Below, in pieces: positions 57,083 through 64,000 of a DNA stretch of 64,000 nt; position 1 is the stretch's first letter; each line of letters opens with the position of its first letter. Position numbers and translations under genes: made by a program. The DNA is from Pseudomonadota bacterium (GTDB lineage Bacteria > Pseudomonadota > Gammaproteobacteria > Xanthomonadales > Rhodanobacteraceae), in the NCBI GenBank assembly GCA_048498135.1, contig JBEHYO010000001.1, forward strand, positions 45,022 through 109,021, in the 5' to 3' direction. A model generated the notes under the pieces. It was not told where the DNA came from. It ran no database searches and saw only the letters and a program-made list of their open reading frames with translations.

Positions 57083-57397
57083 GTGGGAACGACCTCTGGC
57101 ATATCACGCGCCACGAGCGGCGCCAAGCCAGTATAGGCCCAATTTCATGGCCGTGGTGTTGCGTGCGATCGCGCTGGCGAGCGGCGGCCTCGACCTGCCG
57201 ATCCCTTCCGTTCACGACGACGCGACCTTCCGCTTCCGCGCGGCGCCGATGCACCGACGATCCGTCGTGCGGCGCGCCCCGCCACTCCGGACGCCGCCAT
57301 GCCGCGCGAACGCGCCCGGCCACGCGCGGGACGACGCGCACGCGCATGCGCGATAGACTTGCGCCCCATCCTTCGCGCGGTCCTGCCGCGTTTCCGC

Positions 57398-59281
57398 ATG
57401 ACTTCCGCGCAAGAAGACTCCCCCACCACCACGACGTTCGCCGATCTCGGTCTCGGCGAGGCATTGCTCGCGACGCTTGCCGAGGTCGGCTACGAATCGC
57501 CCTCGCCGATCCAGGCCGCGACGATTCCGCCGCTGCTCGCGGGGCGCGACCTCGTCGGCCAGGCGCAGACCGGCACCGGCAAGACGGCCGCGTTCGCGCT
57601 GCCGATCCTCGCGCGCCTCGACCGCACCAAGACCAAGCCGCAGGCGCTCGTGCTCGCGCCGACGCGCGAGCTCGCGATCCAGGTGGCCGAAGCGTTCCAG
57701 CGCTACGCCGCCAAGCTGCCGGGCTTCCACGTGCTGCCGATCTACGGCGGCCAGAGCTACGGCCCGCAGCTCGGCGGCCTCAAGCGCGGCGCGCACGTCG
57801 TCGTCGGCACGCCGGGCCGCGTCATCGATCATCTCGAACGCGGCTCGCTCGATCTCTCGGAATTGACCACACTCGTGCTCGACGAAGGCGACGAGATGCT
57901 GCGCATGGGCTTCATCGACGACGTCGAAGCGGTGCTGAAGAAGACGCCGCCGACGCGCCAGGTCGCGCTGTTCTCGGCGACGATGCCCTCGCAGATCCGC
58001 CGCATCGCGCAGACGTACCTGCGCGATCCGGTCGAGATCACGATCAAGACGAAGACGACCACCGCCGCGAACATCCGCCAGCGCTACTGGTATGTCAGCG
58101 GCCTGCACAAGCTCGACGCGTTGACGCGCATCCTCGAAGCCGAATCGTACGATGCGATGCTCGTCTTCGCGCGCACCAAGCAGGCGACCGAGGAGCTCGC
58201 CGAGAAGCTGCAGGCGCGCGGACTCTCCGCCGCCGCGATCAACGGCGACATCGTGCAGGCGCAGCGCGAACGCACGATCCAGCAGCTGCGCGACGGCAAG
58301 CTCGACATCCTCGTCGCGACCGACGTCGCCGCGCGCGGGCTCGACGTCGAGCGCATCAGCCACGTGCTCAACTACGACATTCCGTACGACACCGAAGCGT
58401 ACGTGCACCGCATCGGCCGCACCGGCCGCGCCGGACGCAGCGGCGAAGCGATCCTGTTCGTGACGCCGCGCGAGAAGCGCCTGCTGCAGGCTATCGAGCG
58501 CGCGACGCGCCAGCCGATCGCCGAGATGCAGCTGCCGAGCGTCGAGGCCGTCAACGACAAGCGCATCGACAAGTTCAAGCAGCGCATCGGCGCCGCGCTC
58601 GGACGCAGCGAGGATCTCACGCTGTTCCGGCAGATGGTCGAGCAGTACGAAAGCGAGCACAACGTGCCCGCGATCGAGATCGCGGCGGCGCTCGCCAAGC
58701 TGGTGCAGGGCGATGCGCCGTTTCTGCTGCGTGCGCCGGAACGGCGCGAACGCGGCGAGCGCGAGACGAGCGCGCCGATGCCGCCGCCGCGGCGCAAGCC
58801 CGGTGGCAGCGACTTCGCCGCGCGCGGCGAAAACCCGGCGCAATCGCGCCCTCGCGCGAACGACGAGCGCGTCCGCGAACACGAATCGCGCGAAAGCCCG
58901 GTGCGGGAGCGCAAGCCGCCGCGCGGCGAGCCCGAGGCGGGCTTCGAGACGTTCCGCATCGAAGTCGGCCACGATCACGGCGTCAAGCCCGGCAACATCG
59001 TCGGCGCGATCGCCAACGAGGCCGGCCTCGACGCCAAGCACATCGGCCGCGTCGACATCCGTGACGATCACAGCTTCGTCGACCTTCCCGACGGCATGCC
59101 GTCGGATGTGTTCAAGCACCTCAAGAAGGTCTGGGTCGCGGGCCAGCAGCTGCGCATCACGCGCGGCAACGAGCCCGCCGAACCGCGATCGGCCGATCGG
59201 ATGCCGCGGCCGCCTTCGCGAAAGCCGCCTTCGGGATTCGGGTCGCCGAAGCGGCCCAGGCCGGACAAGCGCCGCCGCTAG
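57398..59281 (+). CDS. deaD: DEAD-box ATP-dependent RNA helicase (DeaD/CsdA-like)
   Basis: Q motif (FADLGL...PSPIQ), AQTGTGKTAAF, DEGD (a DEAD variant), SAT, ARGLD and HRIGRTGRAG. Basic linker and a DbpA-like C-terminal RNA-binding domain (FRIEVGHDHGVKPGNIVGAIANEAGL). Confidence 0.9.
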   Translation: MTSAQEDSPTTTTFADLGLGEALLATLAEVGYESPSPIQAATIPPLLAGRDLVGQAQTGTGKTAAFALPILARLDRTKTKPQALVLAPTRELAIQVAEAFQRYAAKLPGFHVLPIYGGQSYGPQLGGLKRGAHVVVGTPGRVIDHLERGSLDLSELTTLVLDEGDEMLRMGFIDDVEAVLKKTPPTRQVALFSATMPSQIRRIAQTYLRDPVEITIKTKTTTAANIRQRYWYVSGLHKLDALTRILEAESYDAMLVFARTKQATEELAEKLQARGLSAAAINGDIVQAQRERTIQQLRDGKLDILVATDVAARGLDVERISHVLNYDIPYDTEAYVHRIGRTGRAGRSGEAILFVTPREKRLLQAIERATRQPIAEMQLPSVEAVNDKRIDKFKQRIGAALGRSEDLTLFRQMVEQYESEHNVPAIEIAAALAKLVQGDAPFLLRAPERRERGERETSAPMPPPRRKPGGSDFAARGENPAQSRPRANDERVREHESRESPVRERKPPRGEPEAGFETFRIEVGHDHGVKPGNIVGAIANEAGLDAKHIGRVDIRDDHSFVDLPDGMPSDVFKHLKKVWVAGQQLRITRGNEPAEPRSADRMPRPPSRKPPSGFGSPKRPRPDKRRR

Positions 59282-59925
59282 ATCGCGGTGCGATACGGTG
59301 CGAGCAGACGCGGATCCGCGAGCACCGCGTCCGGCATCAGGTAGCGCGGCTCGCCGCCCGCGGCGAGCAGGGCCCGCACCTCAGTCGCCGAGATTTCGAG
59401 CGGCGTCACCGGCATCGGCAGCACGCGTCCGCACGGCGATGCGAGCAGGGCATTCGCATCGGCAGTGCGTCGCGAGGCCACCTTGATGCGAAGCTCGGTC
59501 GGCAGCGTCGCGATCTCGTGCCCGGGACGCGTCAGCACGCCGACGTGCGCGTAGTCGAACAGCTCGCCCCAGCGGTGCCACGACGGGAGGCCGAGGAACG
59601 CGTCGGCACCGACGAGCAGCACGAGCGGCCGCTCGGCACCGATCTCGTCGCGAAGCTCGAACAGCGTGTCGATCGTCCAGGAGGGACCCTCGCGGCGAAG
59701 CTCGCGCTCGTCGAGCACCAGCCTGTCCTGTCCCTGCAGCGCGGCGCGCAGGATCGCCGCGCGCTCGTGCGCGTTCGCGACGGGCTGATCGCGATGCGGC
59801 GGTACGTTGGCGGGAACGAGCCGTACTTCCGCATCGAGCCGTTCGGCCGCTTCCCACGCGACGCGCAGATGCGCGTTGTGCACCGGATCGAACGTGCCGC
59901 CGAGGATCGCGAGCGGCTTCGTCAT
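59278..59925 (-). CDS. nadD: Nicotinate-nucleotide adenylyltransferase
   Basis: LGGTFDPVHNAHL, and ISATEVR near the C-terminus. The ATG overlaps the holA stop (ATGA). It is the C-terminal part of composite ORF 59278..60666. Confidence 0.9.
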   Translation of the reverse strand: MTKPLAILGGTFDPVHNAHLRVAWEAAERLDAEVRLVPANVPPHRDQPVANAHERAAILRAALQGQDRLVLDERELRREGPSWTIDTLFELRDEIGAERPLVLLVGADAFLGLPSWHRWGELFDYAHVGVLTRPGHEIATLPTELRIKVASRRTADANALLASPCGRVLPMPVTPLEISATEVRALLAAGGEPRYLMPDAVLADPRLLAPYRTAI

Positions 59926-60965
59926 CAGACGAGCAGGTCCGCCGCGGCGCGCGGCCTGGCAATCGCGGCGACCAGCCGTTCGAGCTCGCGCCAGCCGTCG
60001 CCCCAGGATTTTCCGGCGGTATCGAGATACTGCCCCTTGGCGATGCAGTCGATGCGCGCGGCCTGCGCCAGGCAGCGTTCCCAGTGCGCTTCGTCCGAGC
60101 CCTTGAGCGCGCGGCGATAGATGCCCTCGCGCGCGGGCCAGATGCGCTCGTTGCGGAACGCATTGGCGAGATTCGAGCCCGCGCTCGAAAGGCGGTACAG
60201 CACGCGCAATTCGCGCAGCACCCAGCCGAGCAGCGGGATCAGATCCTCGCCTTCGGCGCGCAGGCCCGCCACGATGCGGAGCGCGCGGCCGGCGTCGCCG
60301 CCGATCGCGGCGTCGGTGAGGCGGAACGCGTCGTAGCGCGCATCGTCGGCGACCAGCGCCTCGAGCGCGGCGACATCGAGCACGCGACCCTCGCCGAGCA
60401 GCGCGAGCTTGTCGATTTCCTGCGCGGCCGCGAGCAGGTTGCCTTCGACGCGGTCGGCGAGCCAGCCGATCGCATCCGGGGACGCGGCGACGCCGCGGCT
60501 CGCGATGCGCGCGCCGATCCAGTCGGGCAATTCCTCGCGCTTCAGCGGCCAGACCGGCACGAACATGCCTGCCTGCTCGACCGCCTTGACCCATGCGCCC
60601 TCGTGCTGCCTGCTCCAGTCGTTCGTCGTGACGAGCAGCAGCGTGTCCGGCGGCGGCGATTCGCAATAGGCGACGATCGCGGCGCTGCCGTCCTTGCCGG
60701 GCTTGCCGGTCGGGAGGCGCAGGTCGATGAGCTTGCGGCTCGCGAAGAGCGACATCGCGCGGCTCGCGTCGCCGAGGCGGTTCCAGTCGAAATGCGCTTC
60801 GACGTCGAGGACTTCGCGTTCCGTGTAGCCGAGCTCGCGTGCGCGCGAGCGGAATGCGTCGGCGGCTTCCAGGACGAGCAGGTGCTCGGCGCCGGCGATC
60901 AGGCAGACCGGCGCGAGGTCGGGCCCGGCGAGTTGCTTTCGGAATGCGGCGAGCGACGTCGGCAT
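59925..60965 (-). CDS. holA: DNA polymerase III subunit delta
   Basis: 346 aa. YLIAGAEHLLVLEA-type N-terminus. Conserved lptE-holA-nadD order. Confidence 0.85.
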   Translation of the reverse strand: MPTSLAAFRKQLAGPDLAPVCLIAGAEHLLVLEAADAFRSRARELGYTEREVLDVEAHFDWNRLGDASRAMSLFASRKLIDLRLPTGKPGKDGSAAIVAYCESPPPDTLLLVTTNDWSRQHEGAWVKAVEQAGMFVPVWPLKREELPDWIGARIASRGVAASPDAIGWLADRVEGNLLAAAQEIDKLALLGEGRVLDVAALEALVADDARYDAFRLTDAAIGGDAGRALRIVAGLRAEGEDLIPLLGWVLRELRVLYRLSSAGSNLANAFRNERIWPAREGIYRRALKGSDEAHWERCLAQAARIDCIAKGQYLDTAGKSWGDGWRELERLVAAIARPRAAADLLV

Positions 60966-61023
60966 TGCCGGATTGTACGTCGCCTTTCCCCCTCTGCCTC
61001 TTGCGTGAGAGGGGAACGCGAGA

Positions 61024-61533
61024 TCATTTCCCGGAGTTGGCGATCGCCTCGAGCCGCCGCAGGATCGTCTGCGTCATGTCGCGCTGAAGCTCCTGCGTCA
61101 GAAGATCGACCTCGGCCGCGACGCCGAGCGCCTGGCTGGCATCGAAGGTGAAATCGCGCGAAAGCTCGATCGTCTGCTTCGGCAGCAGCGCCGTGCCGCC
61201 GGCATCCTGCACCTCGAACTCGACGTGATAGCGCAGCGAATACTCGGTCGCGCGCGCGTTGCCGCCGACCGAGAGCACGTCGGTCGAGAACGCGTTCGCG
61301 CTGATGTTCATGACCGCGACGCCGGGCGCGACCGTGTCCACGACCTCGGTGCCCGAGCGCGGCAGCGCCTTGGCGAGATCCTTCGCGAGCGGGCTCGACG
61401 GATCGGATATCTGGATGTGCACCTGTTTCATGCTCGCCGGGAGATTCGCCTCCTTGCGCAGGTGGAAGCCGCAGCCCGCGAGGGCGAGAGCGGCGACGGC
61501 GCAAACGGCGAGCGAAAGGCGGCGCAGGATCAT
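61024..61533 (-). CDS. lptE: LPS assembly lipoprotein LptE
   Basis: Lipobox LALAGCGFHLR and the size are typical of LptE. It sits in the conserved position between leuS and holA. Confidence 0.8.
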   Translation of the reverse strand: MILRRLSLAVCAVAALALAGCGFHLRKEANLPASMKQVHIQISDPSSPLAKDLAKALPRSGTEVVDTVAPGVAVMNISANAFSTDVLSVGGNARATEYSLRYHVEFEVQDAGGTALLPKQTIELSRDFTFDASQALGVAAEVDLLTQELQRDMTQTILRRLEAIANSGK

Positions 61534-62174
61534 GTGCGGGTTCCGGGGCGGATCGGGAAGCGATCGTCGAGGAGATCATACGGCGCCTGCCAGCGCGGCA
61601 GCGAACGGATGCGCTCGAGCCACGCCGTCACGGCCGGCCACGGCGCCAGATCGACCTCGGCCTGGTCGGCCCAGAAGAGGTAGCCGCAGCACGAGACGTC
61701 GGCGATCGTCGGCGCCGCGCCGACGAGGAAGGGTTCGACGCCGAGCGCAAGGTCGAGCCGGTCGAGGTCGGCGTGCATGCGGTGGGTCCAGTACGCTTCG
61801 AGCGCGTCGCCGGCCGGCGTGAAGCGGCGCGAGAAACGCAGGTGCGGCAGGCTCATCGCGATGCGGTTGGCTTCCCACGCGAGCCACTCGCGCACGCGCG
61901 TCTTCGCGGCGGGCGTCGCGCCGTCGAGCGCGCGGTGGCGGCGCGCGAGGTGATCGAGGATCGCGTTCGACTGGCAGACCGCGAGGCCGTCCTCATCGAC
62001 CAGCGCCGGCACTTCGCCGAACATCGACGCGCGCCGGAAATCGTCGGGACGCTCCGCGCGCGGCAGGTTGAGATCGACGGGCCGCTGCTCGAACGGCACG
62101 CCGATCAGCGTCAGCGCGAGCGCGACCTTGTAGCTGTGGCCCGATTCGCGGTGGCAATAGAGGATCGGTTGCAT
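61530..62174 (-). CDS. Glutathione S-transferase family protein
   Basis: N-terminal thioredoxin-like GST fold (ILYCHRESGHSYKVALALTLIGVPFE...FGEVPALVDEDGLAVCQSNAILDHL) plus a helical C-terminal domain. Overlaps the lptE start by 4 nt. Confidence 0.8.
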   Translation of the reverse strand: MQPILYCHRESGHSYKVALALTLIGVPFEQRPVDLNLPRAERPDDFRRASMFGEVPALVDEDGLAVCQSNAILDHLARRHRALDGATPAAKTRVREWLAWEANRIAMSLPHLRFSRRFTPAGDALEAYWTHRMHADLDRLDLALGVEPFLVGAAPTIADVSCCGYLFWADQAEVDLAPWPAVTAWLERIRSLPRWQAPYDLLDDRFPIRPGTRT

Positions 62175-62187
62175 GGCCGATCGCGAT

Positions 62188-64000
62188 CTACACGACCACG
62201 TTGACGATCTTGCCCGGCACGACGATGACCTTCTTCGGCGTCGCGCCGCCGAGCAGATCGACGACCTTCGGTTCGGCGAGCGCGATGCGCTCGACGTCTT
62301 CGCGCGATGCCGAAACCGAAACGTCGATCGTGCCGCGCAGCTTGCCGTTGACCTGCACGGCGAGCGTAACGGTGTCCTTCGCCAGCGCGGCGGGATCCGC
62401 GCGCGGCCAGGGCTGGTCGTCGAGCGGGCTGGATTTGATCGAACCCGGACCGATCGGATGGCCGAGCGCCTGCCAGAGCGCGAGGCAGATGTGCGGCGTC
62501 ACCGGGTTCAGGAGCAGCACCATCGCTTCGAGCGCTTCGTGGCGCACGGCGCGACCCTGGTCGCTCGCATCGTCGAACCTGGCGAGCGCGTTCAGCAGTT
62601 CCATCAGCGCCGCGATCGCGGTGTTGAACGCGTAGCGGCGGCCGATGTCGTCGGACACCTTGTGGATCGTCTCGTGCGTCTGCCGGCGCATGGCCTTCTG
62701 CGCCGCGTTCAATGCCGATGCGTCGAGCACGGGCGCGGAACCGCCGGCGACGTGCGCGGACACCTCGCGCCAGAACCGCCGCAGGAAACGCGCCATGCCC
62801 TCGACGCCGGCTTCGCTCCATTCGAGCGACTGATCGGGCGGCGCGGCGAACATCGAGAAGAGCCGCACGGTGTCGGCGCCGTACTTGTCCACCATCGACT
62901 GCGGATCGACGCCGTTGTTCTTCGACTTCGACATCTTCTCGGTGGCACCGATCTCAACCGGCTTGCCGTCGGCCTTCAGCACCGCGCCGACGACGCGCGC
63001 GCGCTCGTCGCGCCGGATCTCGACGTCGGCCGGATTGATCCAGGTCTTCGAGCCGTCTTTTTCCTCGCGGTAGAACGTCTCGGCGATGACCATGCCCTGA
63101 CAGAGGAGATTCGTCGCGGGCTCGTCCGAGTGCACGAGGCCTTCGTCGCGCAGGAGCTTGTGATAGAACCGGAAATAGAGCAGATGCAGGATCGCGTGCT
63201 CGATGCCGCCGATGTACTGGTCGACCGGCAGCCAGTAATCCGCGCGGCGGTCGACCATGTCCGCGGCGCCCGGGCTCGTGTAGCGCGCGTAGTACCAGCT
63301 CGATTCCATGAACGTGTCGAACGTGTCGGTCTCGCGCTCGGCCGGGCCGCCGCAGTCGGGGCACGTCGTCTTGCGCCACTCGGCATCGGACTTGATCGGC
63401 GAGCGCACGCCGGTGAATGCGACGTTCTCCGGCAGGAGCACCGGGAGCTGGTCCTCCGGTACCGGCACCGCGCCGCATTTCGCGCAATAGATGATCGGGA
63501 TCGGGCAGCCCCAGTAGCGCTGGCGCGAGACGCCCCAGTCGCGAAGGCGCCAGTTGACGCGCCGCTCGCCGGTGCCGGTCTCCTCGAAGCGTTTCGCGAG
63601 CGCGTCGAACGCACCGCGATAGTCGAGGCCGTCGTACTCGCCCGAGTTCACCAGCCAGCCGTAGCCGGTGAACGCGCCCTTCTCGACGATGTCGCGCTCA
63701 AACTGCTCCACGATCGCGAGCGCCGCAGGCGCCTCGTAGACGTCGAGCCGCGGCTCCTCGCCGAGCGCGCTCGACATCGGATCGACGTTGCGCGTCGCGT
63801 CGCGGCCGAGCTCGCGGATCGCATCGCGCACGGCGTCGCTGACGACGACCATCCTGATCAGGAGGTCGTACTTCGTCGCGAACTCCCAGTCGCGCTCGTC
63901 GTGGCCCGGCACGGCCATGACGGCGCCGGTGCCGTAGCCCATCAGCACGAAGTTAGCGATCCAGATCGGCACTTCCTCGCCGGTGACCGGATGGATTGCG
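62188..64000 (-). CDS. leuS: Leucine--tRNA ligase (3' portion; the N-terminus lies beyond the right edge)
   Basis: KMSKSKNN motif, editing and anticodon-binding regions, and C-terminal VQVNGKLRG. The frame is open to base 64000. Confidence 0.95.
   Translation of the reverse strand, partial: AIHPVTGEEVPIWIANFVLMGYGTGAVMAVPGHDERDWEFATKYDLLIRMVVVSDAVRDAIRELGRDATRNVDPMSSALGEEPRLDVYEAPAALAIVEQFERDIVEKGAFTGYGWLVNSGEYDGLDYRGAFDALAKRFEETGTGERRVNWRLRDWGVSRQRYWGCPIPIIYCAKCGAVPVPEDQLPVLLPENVAFTGVRSPIKSDAEWRKTTCPDCGGPAERETDTFDTFMESSWYYARYTSPGAADMVDRRADYWLPVDQYIGGIEHAILHLLYFRFYHKLLRDEGLVHSDEPATNLLCQGMVIAETFYREEKDGSKTWINPADVEIRRDERARVVGAVLKADGKPVEIGATEKMSKSKNNGVDPQSMVDKYGADTVRLFSMFAAPPDQSLEWSEAGVEGMARFLRRFWREVSAHVAGGSAPVLDASALNAAQKAMRRQTHETIHKVSDDIGRRYAFNTAIAALMELLNALARFDDASDQGRAVRHEALEAMVLLLNPVTPHICLALWQALGHPIGPGSIKSSPLDDQPWPRADPAALAKDTVTLAVQVNGKLRGTIDVSVSASREDVERIALAEPKVVDLLGGATPKKVIVVPGKIVNVVV

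Overview
Very GC-rich chromosomal segment. The gene order points to a Gammaproteobacterium: hfq-hflX-hflK-hflC-DUF2065-purA, and leuS-lptE-holA-nadD-rsfS-rlmH-maf-rng-yhdP-tldD-yjgA/pmbA. Motifs in the secreted proteins suggest a Xanthomonadales/Nevskiales-like lineage, which is inference only. Most of the window is housekeeping: the pstSCAB-phoU operon, rnt, rnr-rlmB, tRNA-Leu(CAG), purA, the hfq/hflXKC block, miaA, tdh, tilS, xseB-ispA, pmbA/tldD, yhdP, rng, deaD, and nadD-holA-lptE-leuS.

The standout is the first 10.1 kb. It holds a head-to-tail battery of at least seven paralogous TPR + sulfotransferase modules, open at the left edge. One stop-less junction leads into a module whose PAPS-binding motifs are degenerate. 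A 1,138-aa Sec-secreted multidomain protein lies immediately downstream.

Other notable items:
- A secreted protein with a plant-type LRR N-cap and 23-residue LRRs, sitting in a more AT-rich patch next to tRNA-Leu.
- Two families of intergenic palindromic repeats: a 79-80 bp MITE-like element in three copies, and a ~100-115 bp composite palindrome at two pst operon junctions.
- An hflX whose conserved N-terminus has no canonical start codon and is in frame with hfq across a single TAA.
- Lys/Ala/Pro-rich N-terminal tails on an HU-like protein and on RsfS.
- Opposite-strand insertions in the conserved rng...leuS backbone.

No transposase, integrase, CRISPR array or recognisable defence gene was seen. 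Many long ORFs in the track are GC-driven shadow frames. CDS coordinates follow the ORF track. Hand-counted coordinates for RNA, repeat and hairpin features may be off by 1-2 nt.
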